Below, piece by piece: positions 28,824-37,603 of a DNA stretch of 64,000 nucleotides. Numbering within the stretch: the first letter of the stretch is position 1; each line of letters starts with the position of its first letter. The DNA is taken from contig CAWKNZ010000001.1 in assembly GCA_963851265.1 (NCBI GenBank), forward strand, positions 96,001 to 160,000, written 5' to 3'. The position numbers were made by a program, and so were the translations under genes. The notes under the pieces are model-generated. The model worked only from the letters and a program-made list of their open reading frames with translations. It was not told the DNA's origin and ran no database searches. This DNA is from an uncultured Gemmatimonadales bacterium. Lineage in GTDB: Bacteria; Gemmatimonadota; Gemmatimonadetes; Gemmatimonadales; Gemmatimonadaceae.

Positions 28824-31406
28824 GTGACGGCGGTGCGCCGACCCATCATGTTACGCCGTTCCTGCAGCCCGCCGCCGCCCGACTTCGTGCCGACGCCGTC
28901 CGCGACTCCGACCGATCTCGCGTTTACCAGTCCGGTAGTGCTTCGCACCCCCGCCAGCGCGTGGGTGCTCGACGCCCTGGACGAAGCGCTGTTTCTCGTC
29001 GACGCCGCGGGGCAGGTCACGTGGTGTAGCGCGCGCGCCCAGGAAATGCTCGCGGCGCCGCGCGACGAACTCACCGGCCGCCCGGTGCGCGACGCGGTCC
29101 CCGGCCTTCCCGCGCTCGACGCGCCGCCCGCGCGCCCGGTGACGTGGCGCGCACTCCGCCTCACGCGCCACGACGGCACCGCGCTCTGGGCCGACGTCAC
29201 CGCCGCCGCCCGCCGCCCGCTCGTCGCCGCAGCGGTCGACGGGCCGGGCCTCGCGCACGCGCGCGCCCACGCCGACGCCCACGGCGACGCCACCGGGTAC
29301 GGCAGCGACTATGTGACCGCGTACGCCGTGGCCGACGTCACCCCGCGCGTCACCGCCGAGGCGGCGCGCCGGCGCGCGGAGGATCGCTTCGGCACGCTCG
29401 TCGAGCAGGCGGTCGAGGGCATCTACGTCGTGCAGGACGACCGGTTCGTCTACGTGAACGCGCAGCTCGCCGCGCTCACCGGCTACTCGGTCGACGAACT
29501 CCTCGCGCTGCCCTCGGTGGGCGTGCTGCTCGCGCGCGGCGCGTACGCGCGCGCGGCCGCGACGCTCGCCCCCGAACAGGCGCGCGAGCGCAAGCGCGAG
29601 CGCGCCGACGACCGCCGCCGCTCCGACGCGCTGCTGCTCTGGAGCGCGGGGCGCCTGCCGCCCTTCGAACTGCGGCGCAAGGACGGCACGCGCCGCGAGG
29701 TCGAGCTGCGCGGGCGCGTAGCCGAGTACGGCGGCCGCCCCGCGGCGATCGGCACCGCGGTGGACGTCACCGAGCGCCGCCGCACCGAGGCCGCGCTCCG
29801 CCGCCAGGCGCTCATCGTCGACGTGCTGCACGACGCGGTGGTCGTGCTCGACCCCGACTTCCGCGTGCTCGACTGGAACCGCGGCGCGGAGCGCATGTAC
29901 GGCCACGCGCGCGCGCAGGCGGTGGGGCGCGACGCGCACTTCATGCACCCGGCCGTGCCGGCCGACGACGCCGCGGGCGCCGACGCGCAGGGCGCCGCGC
30001 AGCGCGCCGCCCTCGCGCGCGACGGCCGGTGGACGGGCGAGCTGCCCTTCGTGACGCGCGCGGGCACCGAGGGCGTCGCCGACGTCACCCTCGTCGCCAA
30101 CCGCGCGGCCGACGGCACCCTCCTCGGCTACATCGAGGTCAGCCGCGACGTGACGGCCCGCCGCCGCGCCGAGGCCGCGCTCGCCGCGCGCGAGGTGGAG
30201 CTGCGCCAGGCGCAGAAGATGGAGGCCGTCGGCCGCCTCGCCGGCGGCATCGCGCACGACTTCAACAACCTGCTCGCCGCCATCTCGAGCTACGCCGAGC
30301 TGCTGCTCGACGCGCTCCCCGAAGATCCCGAGGCCGCCGCCCCGGGCGCGCTCGCCGCCGTGGTCGCCGACGCGCGCGAGGACGTGCGCGAGATCCGCCG
30401 CGCGGCCGAGCGCGGGGCCACCCTCACGCGCCAGCTGCTCGCCTTCGGACGCGGGCAGCTGCTGCAGACGCGCGAGATCGACCTGAACGTGGTCGTCGGC
30501 GACCTCGGTCGCATGCTGGGCCGCGTGTTGGGGGCCGAGGTCGAGCTGCGGCTGGACCTCGCGGCCGACGCCGCGCCGGTGCTCGCCGACCCGGGGCAGC
30601 TGGAGCAGGTGCTGCTCAACCTCGCCGTGAACGCGCGCGACGCGATGCCCGGCGGCGGCGTGCTCTCGATCGGCACCCGCCACGTGGCCGTCCCCGCCGC
30701 GGGTGCGGGCGACCTGTCCCCCGGGCGGTACGTCGCGGTCGACGTGCGCGACACGGGCGTCGGCATGGACGCCGCCACGCGCGCGCGGATCTTCGAGCCG
30801 TTCTTCACGACCAAGCCCGCCGGGCAGGGCACGGGGCTCGGGCTGGCGATGGTCTACGGCATCGTCGCGCAGACGGGCGGGCGCGTGACGGTCGACAGCG
30901 CGCCGGGGAGGGGCACCACCTTCACCGTCTACCTCCCCGCACTCGCGGCGGCCGCACCGGCCGCACCCGAGCCCGCCCGCGAGTCGGCCGCGGCGCCGCG
31001 CGCGCCCGACGGCGCGGGCACGACGGTGCTCGTCGTCGACGACGAATCGGCGGTGCGCGGCGCCGCGGCGCGGGTGCTCGCCCGCCGCGGCTACACGGTG
31101 CTCGAGGCGCGCGACGGCGTCGAGGCGTTAGGCGTCGCCGAGCGCTTCGCGGGCCCGGTGCACCTGCTCCTGAGCGACGTGCGCATGCCCGGCATGGACG
31201 GGCGCGAACTCGCCCGCCGCTTCCGCGTGGCGCGCCCCGAAGCGCGCGTGCTGCTGATGACCGGCTACCCGGGGTCGGAGTCGCCCAACCCCGACGGCGA
31301 CGCGGACTCCGCGACCGACCTCGACGCGCCCGCGCTCCAGAAGCCGTTCACCCTCGAGCTGCTGGCCGAGCGCGTGCGGGAAGTGACCGCGCGCGCCGAG
31401 CGGTAG
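28824..31406 (+). CDS. multi-PAS hybrid sensor histidine kinase/response regulator; start uncertain
   Basis: PAS/PAC segments, QAQKMEAVGRLAGGIAHDFNNLL, NLAVNARDAM, FEPFFTTK..GQGTGLGL, receiver VLVVDDE...LLSDVRMPGMDG...LQKPF. Confidence 0.93.
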   Translation: MTAVRRPIMLRRSCSPPPPDFVPTPSATPTDLAFTSPVVLRTPASAWVLDALDEALFLVDAAGQVTWCSARAQEMLAAPRDELTGRPVRDAVPGLPALDAPPARPVTWRALRLTRHDGTALWADVTAAARRPLVAAAVDGPGLAHARAHADAHGDATGYGSDYVTAYAVADVTPRVTAEAARRRAEDRFGTLVEQAVEGIYVVQDDRFVYVNAQLAALTGYSVDELLALPSVGVLLARGAYARAAATLAPEQARERKRERADDRRRSDALLLWSAGRLPPFELRRKDGTRREVELRGRVAEYGGRPAAIGTAVDVTERRRTEAALRRQALIVDVLHDAVVVLDPDFRVLDWNRGAERMYGHARAQAVGRDAHFMHPAVPADDAAGADAQGAAQRAALARDGRWTGELPFVTRAGTEGVADVTLVANRAADGTLLGYIEVSRDVTARRRAEAALAAREVELRQAQKMEAVGRLAGGIAHDFNNLLAAISSYAELLLDALPEDPEAAAPGALAAVVADAREDVREIRRAAERGATLTRQLLAFGRGQLLQTREIDLNVVVGDLGRMLGRVLGAEVELRLDLAADAAPVLADPGQLEQVLLNLAVNARDAMPGGGVLSIGTRHVAVPAAGAGDLSPGRYVAVDVRDTGVGMDAATRARIFEPFFTTKPAGQGTGLGLAMVYGIVAQTGGRVTVDSAPGRGTTFTVYLPALAAAAPAAPEPARESAAAPRAPDGAGTTVLVVDDESAVRGAAARVLARRGYTVLEARDGVEALGVAERFAGPVHLLLSDVRMPGMDGRELARRFRVARPEARVLLMTGYPGSESPNPDGDADSATDLDAPALQKPFTLELLAERVREVTARAER

Positions 31407-32785
31407 CGCCGAGCGGCGGCCGTCCCGGCCGCCGCGAGCCCGGTGCCCGCGACCACCCACGCGAGCCACGCGAGCCGCTCGGCGCCGGTGAGCTCGCGCG
31501 CGGTCTCCCAGAGCACTGCCGGGACGGTGAGCGCGAGCGCGGCCGCGCGTCCGGGCTGCGCGGTCGGTACCGCCACGCGCGCGCGCAGCACCGGCGTGAC
31601 GAGGTCGCGCCGGCCGTCGCGCAGCGCGCCGACCACCGCGCCGCCGAGCTGCGCGGGCGTCATCGCGCGCCAGCCGGGCACGCGCACGAGGTTCCACCCG
31701 GCGGTGGTCCGCCCCCAGCCGTGGTGGTTGGACGCGACCACCGGGACGAGGCCCAACACGGCCGCGCGCGCCGCGATCGCCGCGCCGTCGCGGTCGGTCT
31801 GCGCGTAGCCGCGCGGCGCGCCGTCGGCCACCTCGACGGCGCGCAGCGCGGCGGCCCCGTCGCGCGCGGCGGGCGTGAGCGCGTCGAACACGGGGTCGGG
31901 GATGGTCGCGATCGTCACCGGGCGGTCGCCGTCGGGCAGCGCGCCGTCGTGCTCCAGCCGTGGTAGCACCTCCTCCATGTGGTCGTTGGGGAGCAGTGCG
32001 GAGTCGGCCGCGCTCACCCCGAGGACGATCACGTGCACGCTCCCGAGCCGCGCCTCCAGTGCGGGGAGCAGCGTGAGGCCGTCCCCGGCGCGGCGCGGGT
32101 TGCCGGCGGTGACCGCGCCCCCCGCGATCGCCCGGTGGTCCGAGACGAAGGCGAGGTCGTACCCGGCCGCCGTGTGCCACGCGCGCCGCCACGCGGGGGT
32201 GATCCACGCCGGCACGTCGTGCGAGGCCGCGGTGTGGCTGTGGAAATCGACGCGCACGAGGTCGGGGTCGGCGACGGCCAGCCCGGCCATCGGACGCGGG
32301 CCGAGGATCGCGGCGGCGTAGGCGGACAGCAGGAAGGCGAGCGTGAGCCCGCCGGCGACGCACTCCGCGGCGAACGCGCGCGGAAACGAGCGGCGCTCGC
32401 GGATCCGCACGCCGCTTACCCAGACGCGGCGCCGCATCGCGGCCACGCGAAGCGCGAGGACTGCCGCCGCGACGGTGGCGAGCACCGCGACGTGTTGGGC
32501 CGTCGACAGCAGGCAGAGCGCGTCGGCGGCGCGCGCGAGCGGCGAGAGGGCCACGTACGCGGCGGGCAGGCGCAGCGTGGCCTGCACCGGGGGCGCGCCG
32601 GCGACGCCGGGAAGGATCGAGACGCCCGCCGCGGGCGCGAGCGCGCCGGCCCCGACGAGCGCGACCACGGCGAGCGCGAGCCGGTGGCGGCCGAGCATGC
32701 CGGGGCGCACGCGCGCCGCGCCGGCCGGCGCGGGCGTGGTCGCGGGTGAGGGGTCGGCCAGATCGGGGGCGAGAGCGGCGGACAC
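31265..32785 (-). CDS. membrane-anchored PHP-domain protein
   Basis: N-terminal TM helices, VDFHSHT, FVSDH, ASNHHGWG; the C-terminus overlaps the convergent kinase by 142 nt. Confidence 0.7.
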   Translation of the reverse strand: MSAALAPDLADPSPATTPAPAGAARVRPGMLGRHRLALAVVALVGAGALAPAAGVSILPGVAGAPPVQATLRLPAAYVALSPLARAADALCLLSTAQHVAVLATVAAAVLALRVAAMRRRVWVSGVRIRERRSFPRAFAAECVAGGLTLAFLLSAYAAAILGPRPMAGLAVADPDLVRVDFHSHTAASHDVPAWITPAWRRAWHTAAGYDLAFVSDHRAIAGGAVTAGNPRRAGDGLTLLPALEARLGSVHVIVLGVSAADSALLPNDHMEEVLPRLEHDGALPDGDRPVTIATIPDPVFDALTPAARDGAAALRAVEVADGAPRGYAQTDRDGAAIAARAAVLGLVPVVASNHHGWGRTTAGWNLVRVPGWRAMTPAQLGGAVVGALRDGRRDLVTPVLRARVAVPTAQPGRAAALALTVPAVLWETARELTGAERLAWLAWVVAGTGLAAAGTAAARRYRSARAVTSRTRSASSSRVNGFWSAGASRSVAESASPSGLGDSDPG

Positions 32786-32873
32786 GGCGTGGCGGCGGGC
32801 GGGCGTGGAGACGTCCGGGGCGAAGTTCGCGCGGTCCGTCGGGGGCGCGACGCGGGCGAAGTATTCTTAGCCG

Positions 32874-33992
32874 ATGTCCACGCCGCCGGCGCCCGCGCCG
32901 CCCACCCTCGACCGCGTCTGCGTCGTCCTCCTCACCGGGCTCGGCGACGTCGTGCACGGCCTGCCGGTCGTCACGGCGCTGCGGCGTGCCGGCGTCACGC
33001 GGCACGTGACCTGGGTGGCCGAACCGATGCCCGCGCAGCTGCTCGTCGGGCACCCGGCGGTCGACCACGTCGTCCCGTTCCGGCGTCGCGAGGGGTGGCG
33101 CGGCGTGGTCGCGCTCCGCCGCGCGCTCGGCGCCGCGGCGCGCGCGGCCGGCGGCTTCGACGCCGCGCTCAACTTCAACGTGTATTTCAAGAGCGCGTGG
33201 CCGATGCTCTTCGCCGGCGCGCCCCTGCGCCTCGGCTTCGGGCCCGAGCGCGCCAGGGACGGCGTGTGGCTCGCCGCCAACCGGCGCGTGCCGCCCGGCC
33301 CGCGCCGGCACACGCAGGACATGTTCCTCGAGTTCCTCGACGCGTTAGGCGTGCCCTACGCGCCGCCGTCCGCGCCGGCCGACTGGGGGCTGGACGTGCT
33401 CACCCCCGCGGAGCGCGCCGCGCAGGCGGCGTGGCGCGCGGCGCGCACGGGGCGCCCGCGCGCGGCCATCGTCCCCGCCTCCGCGGTGGGCGCCAAGGAC
33501 TGGCCGCCCGAGCGCTGGGCGGCGGTCGCCGACGTGCTCGCCGCCCGGTACGGGTTCGAGGTCGTGCTCGTCGGCGGCCCGGGGGCGCACGAGACCGCCG
33601 CGGCGCGCGAGGTCGCCGCGCGGGCCGCGCACCCGCCCACGTGGGCGATGGGCGACGGCGTGCGGCGCGTGGCGTGGACCTTGGGGGCGTGCGACCTCGT
33701 GCTTGCCCCCGACACGGGGCCGCTGCACCTCGCGCGCGCGCTGGGCGTGCCCGTGGTGGGGCTGTACGGCCACACCAATCCGTGGCGCGTGGGGCCGTAC
33801 CGCGCCTACGAGGACCTCTGGGTGGACGCGTACACGCCCCCCGGTGCCGCCCCCGACGCGAGCGCGTTCGACCCGCCGCAGGACGACCGCATGAAAGCGA
33901 TCGCGGTCGAGCAGGTGCTCGAGCGCGTGGAGCGGGCCGTGGCACGCTATGGCGTGCTCGGGCGCGCCGCCCGACCGACGGCGCACGCGTAA
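32874..33992 (+). CDS. glycosyltransferase family 9 (heptosyltransferase-like)
   Basis: GLGDVVHGLP, WVAEP, KDWPPERW, DTGPLHLARALGVPVVGLYG; TATTCT 6 nt before the ATG. Confidence 0.9.
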   Translation: MSTPPAPAPPTLDRVCVVLLTGLGDVVHGLPVVTALRRAGVTRHVTWVAEPMPAQLLVGHPAVDHVVPFRRREGWRGVVALRRALGAAARAAGGFDAALNFNVYFKSAWPMLFAGAPLRLGFGPERARDGVWLAANRRVPPGPRRHTQDMFLEFLDALGVPYAPPSAPADWGLDVLTPAERAAQAAWRAARTGRPRAAIVPASAVGAKDWPPERWAAVADVLAARYGFEVVLVGGPGAHETAAAREVAARAAHPPTWAMGDGVRRVAWTLGACDLVLAPDTGPLHLARALGVPVVGLYGHTNPWRVGPYRAYEDLWVDAYTPPGAAPDASAFDPPQDDRMKAIAVEQVLERVERAVARYGVLGRAARPTAHA

Positions 33993-34059
33993 GGCGCGCC
34001 GCTCTCAGGGCGCGGCACGCGGATTGACTCAGTGTACGGGCTTCTCTCAGCCCCACCGC

Positions 34060-35265
34060 ATGCTCTCCGCACTCATTTTCGACCTCGACGGCACGCTCGT
34101 CGACACCAACGAGGCGCACACCGAAAGCTGGATCCGCGGCCTCGCCGAGCACGGCTACAAGGTGGCCCACGACCGCATCCGCCCCGAGATGGGCAAGGGT
34201 GGCGACAACCTCTTTCCCGACCTGTTCGGGCAGGAGGCCGAGGAGAAGCACGGCGAGCAGGTGCGCACGTCGGTCGGGAAGCAGTACGCCAAGGTCGTCG
34301 CGGAACGCGGCGTCACGCTCTTCGACGGCGCGGTCGAGCTACTCGCCGAAGTCAGGCGCCGCGGCATCCGTACGGCGCTCGCCACCTCCAGCGGCGAGGA
34401 CGACCTCAAGACCACCTTCGGCGCGCTCGGCGTCGACCTGCGCGAGCACGTCGACGAGGTCGTGATGAAGGACGACGTCGCGGCGAGCAAACCTTATCCC
34501 GACGTCGTGCTCGCCGCGCTCAAGAAGTTGAAGCTGTCGCCCGCGGAGTGTGCGATGGTGGGCGACACGCCGCACGACGCGGAAGCGGCGAAGCGGGCGG
34601 GGGTGGTCACGATCGGCTTCCTCGCCGGCCACATGAACGACGTGCGCACGCTGATGGGCGCCGGTGCACGCCGCGTGTACGAAGGCCCGGCCGACCTGCT
34701 CGCGCACCTCGACGAGGCGCTCGCGGTCGCGAGCCCGACCGCCGTCCGCCTCACCGACGAGCGCATGCAGGCGATGATGCGCGAGGCGCTGGCCGCGGCC
34801 GAGGACGGGATGGCGGCCGGCGAGGCGCCGATCGGGTGCGCGATCTTCGACGGCCATGGCCGGGTGGTGGCGCGCGGCTACAACGAGATGAACGCGACGC
34901 AGAACAAGACCGCGCACGCCGAGATCGTGACCTTCGCGAAGGCGGCCGGTAAGCTGCCGCTCGACGCGCACGACTTCGTCCTCGTCTCGACGCTCGAGCC
35001 GTGCGTGATGTGCACCGGTGCGGCGATGGAAGCCGCGGTCGACACGATCATCTACGCGCTGCAGGCGCCGGCCGACGCGGGGTCGGGGCGGGTGCGCCCG
35101 CCGGAGAGCCCCGAGAGCCAGATGCCACGCATCGTCGGCCGCGTGCTCGCGGACGAGAGCCGGGCGCTGTTCGAGCGCTGGCTCACCCGGCACCGGGGCG
35201 AGCCGCAGGCCTCGTACATCGAACAGCTACTCGCCCTCGTGGACGACGGGCACGCGGCGGCATGA
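34060..35265 (+). CDS. HAD phosphatase fused to a TadA/cytidine-deaminase-like zinc deaminase
   Basis: N-terminal FDLDGTLVDT...ATS...SKPYPD...MVGDTPHD; C-terminal GEAPIGC...N...TAHAE...TLEPCVMCTGA in one continuous frame. Confidence 0.85.
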   Translation: MLSALIFDLDGTLVDTNEAHTESWIRGLAEHGYKVAHDRIRPEMGKGGDNLFPDLFGQEAEEKHGEQVRTSVGKQYAKVVAERGVTLFDGAVELLAEVRRRGIRTALATSSGEDDLKTTFGALGVDLREHVDEVVMKDDVAASKPYPDVVLAALKKLKLSPAECAMVGDTPHDAEAAKRAGVVTIGFLAGHMNDVRTLMGAGARRVYEGPADLLAHLDEALAVASPTAVRLTDERMQAMMREALAAAEDGMAAGEAPIGCAIFDGHGRVVARGYNEMNATQNKTAHAEIVTFAKAAGKLPLDAHDFVLVSTLEPCVMCTGAAMEAAVDTIIYALQAPADAGSGRVRPPESPESQMPRIVGRVLADESRALFERWLTRHRGEPQASYIEQLLALVDDGHAAA

Positions 35266-35711
35266 GCGCGCCGCGTACTGAACCGCCGAATGCGCCGCCG
35301 GTCACCGGCGTACTCGAGACGGCGCTCTACGTGGCCGACATCGAGCGTGCCGCGGCGTTCTACGAGCGCCTGCTCGGCTCGCGCGTGCTGCTCGACGAGC
35401 CCGGGCGCATGCGCGCCCTCGACGTCGCCGAGCGGCAGGTGTTGCTGCTGTTCGCGATCGGCGCGTCGGAACGCTCGAACCCCGTGCCAGGTGGGGTCGT
35501 CCCGCCACACGACGCGCGCGGGCACATCCACGTGTGCTTCGCGATCCCTTCCACCGCCCTCGACGCGTGGGAGGCGCACCTCGCCGCGTCGGACATCGAG
35601 GTGATCAGCCGCGTGCACGCCGAGCGTGGTGGGACCTCGCTCTACTTCCGCGACCCCGACGGGCACCTCGTCGAGCTGGCCACGCCGGGGTTGTGGCAGG
35701 GGGTGTACTGA
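35262..35711 (+). CDS. VOC/glyoxalase family protein
   Basis: VLETALYVAD, HVCFAI, SLYFRDPDGHLVELATPGLW; ATGA overlap with the upstream gene. Confidence 0.88.
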   Translation: MSAPRTEPPNAPPVTGVLETALYVADIERAAAFYERLLGSRVLLDEPGRMRALDVAERQVLLLFAIGASERSNPVPGGVVPPHDARGHIHVCFAIPSTALDAWEAHLAASDIEVISRVHAERGGTSLYFRDPDGHLVELATPGLWQGVY

Positions 35712-35740
35712 GGCCGGCGCGAATCCGTCCGGCGCCTACA

Positions 35741-35762
35741 GCCCCCCGCGATTGCGGGGGGC
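35741..35762. terminator. hairpin between convergent genes (possible bidirectional terminator)
   Basis: GCCCCCCGC-GATT-GCGGGGGGC; no U-tract. Confidence 0.45.
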
Positions 35763-35775
35763 CACGCCGAGCACG

Positions 35776-35928
35776 TCAGACGACGGGCGAGCGCCCGCGA
35801 ACGAAGTGCAGGATCAGGGCGATCACCGCGATGACCAGAAGCAGGTGGATCACTGCGGCAGTCACGTGGAACGCGAGGAAGCCGAGCGCCCAGAGGACGA
35901 AGAGCACGATTGCGACGGTGAGCAGCAT
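35776..35928 (-). CDS. lmo0937/DUF5670-like small membrane protein (50 aa; not in the ORF track)
   Basis: Manual translation MLLTVAIVLFVLWALGFLAFHVTAAVIHLLLVIAVIALILHFVRGRSPVV; GGAG upstream of the ATG. Confidence 0.8.
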   Translation of the reverse strand: MLLTVAIVLFVLWALGFLAFHVTAAVIHLLLVIAVIALILHFVRGRSPVV

Positions 35929-36260
35929 TGGGGGTCTCCGGAGTGGGAAAGGCATCGCGGCGCGGGTGCATCCCGACCGTGCACGTCACTTACGCATAGC
36001 CCGGGCCTGTCCGTACTTGGGGCCGCCATTGTGGCACTCGTGCCACAGTCCAGGCCTGCCGCGGCCGACCATCCGCCCTCTCCGCCCGACGTCGTTGGTC
36101 GCGTGCAGCAGTGCGTCCCGACGCGACGGCGTGGACGCCACGTTCGGCGTCACCGCGCGTTCGTACAGGATGGACGCGTGTCGCACCCGAATTGCCGAAC
36201 GGTACCGGGCTCGGGCTCGCCGTCCGCTGCCACGTCGCGCAGCGGATCGGCGGCGACGTG

Positions 36261-36300
36261 CATGTAGCAACCGACATGTAGCAACCGACACGTAGCAAGC
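36261..36300. repeat. tandem 14-bp repeat CATGTAGCAACCGA (2 exact + 1 degenerate copy)
   Basis: catgtagcaaccga catgtagcaaccga cacgtagcaagc in a non-coding stretch. Confidence 0.8.
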
Positions 36301-36405
36301 GAGCTCGGCGTTGGATCGGCCTTTGCAACCGCGCCGGCGCCGGCAGCCCCGGACAGCGCCGGTGCCACTTCGCACAACGCGTCACGGATCGAACGGGGGA
36401 GGCTC

Positions 36406-36663
36406 ATGCTCGGACACGTTCGCGATGTCGTTCACACGACCGCTCGGCTCCGCGAAAGCGTGCTCGTCCCCGACGTGGCATCCGTCACCCAGACCGACCT
36501 CGAGGACCATCTCGGAACGTTCCTCACCGATTTCGCCCAGCAGTGCACGAGCCCGACGGGCAATTGGCCGGTATGCCGGTCTGGTCGCGTTGGACGACGG
36601 CAGTTGAGTGATCGATGCGAGAACCGCTCGATCAGTTCGACCGCCGTGCCACGTTCGGAGTAG
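36406..36663 (+). pseudogene. short ORF, possibly a remnant of a sensor/signalling domain
   Basis: GGGAGG SD before the ATG; the first ~45 aa (ARLRES..VP....DLEDHLGTFLTDFAQ) look protein-like and codon usage then degrades. Confidence 0.25.
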
Positions 36664-36733
36664 CGCCAATGTTGCATTCCCATAGTTTCCGAGAGCACGA
36701 CTTCTCTTGGCTGCACCGGTAGGATCACTCGTC

Positions 36734-37507
36734 ATGGGCCCAACTCCACACACCGTCACTCCTCCGACCGACGCGCCCGCGGTGGCGCCACCGGGCGCGC
36801 TTGCGGACACCAACGGCGTGGCGGGCCGCGTCGTTTTCATCGAAGACGACCAGCTGGTGTCTCGCCTGTTCCAGCGCGTCCTGCAGGAGGCGCACTTCGA
36901 GGTGGTGACCGCCGCGAGCGTGGCCGAGGGGCGCCGCGCGCTGCTCGGCGCGCACGACGCGGTACTGCTGGACCTCGAGCTGCCCGACGCGAGCGGGCTC
37001 ACCCTGCTCGAGGAGCTCCGCGCGCGCGGCGACCGCGCCCCGGTCGTGATCCTGACCGGCCGCGGAGGAGACGACGAGATCGTGCGCGGTCTGGACGCGG
37101 GGGCGGACGACTTCGTCGAGAAGCCCGTTGGCGGGGCGGTGCTGCTCGCGCGACTTCGCGCCGTCATCCGCCGTGGCGCCCACCAGGCGTCGGGCCGTCG
37201 CGAGGCTGGCTCGCTCGCCCTCGGTCCGCTCTCCCTGGACCGGTTGGCCCGCCGGGCGATGGTGGACGGGCACACGCTCGACCTCACGCCCAAAGAGTTC
37301 ACGTTGCTCGAGTATCTCCTGCTCTGCGCAGAGGAGACGGTGACGCGTGCCGAACTCCTCGATCACGTGTGGGAACTCCAGGGCGAGCCGGAATCCAACG
37401 TCGTGGATGCCCATATGGCGCGGCTTCGCGCCAAGCTGCGGGCCGTCTCGCCCCGCCCCGACATCCGCACCGTTCGCGGCAAGGGGTTCGTGCTCACCGC
37501 GACCTGA
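36734..37507 (+). CDS. OmpR/PhoB-family response regulator (no adjacent kinase)
   Basis: IEDD, LLDLELPD, GLDAGADDFVEKP, LTPKEFTLLEYL, SNVVDAHMARLRAKL, IRTVRGKGF. Confidence 0.92.
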   Translation: MGPTPHTVTPPTDAPAVAPPGALADTNGVAGRVVFIEDDQLVSRLFQRVLQEAHFEVVTAASVAEGRRALLGAHDAVLLDLELPDASGLTLLEELRARGDRAPVVILTGRGGDDEIVRGLDAGADDFVEKPVGGAVLLARLRAVIRRGAHQASGRREAGSLALGPLSLDRLARRAMVDGHTLDLTPKEFTLLEYLLLCAEETVTRAELLDHVWELQGEPESNVVDAHMARLRAKLRAVSPRPDIRTVRGKGFVLTAT

Positions 37508-37603
37508 GCGGCGCGGCAGCCGCCCCGGCGGCGCCGCACGGCAGGGCCGCCCGGCAGGAACGCACGGCAGGAACGCCCAGGATCGTGGGCGGTACAGGAG
37601 CGA

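Noticed and set aside
36261..36300. Tandem repeat as a CRISPR array
   Set aside because: 14-bp units with no spacers and no cas genes.
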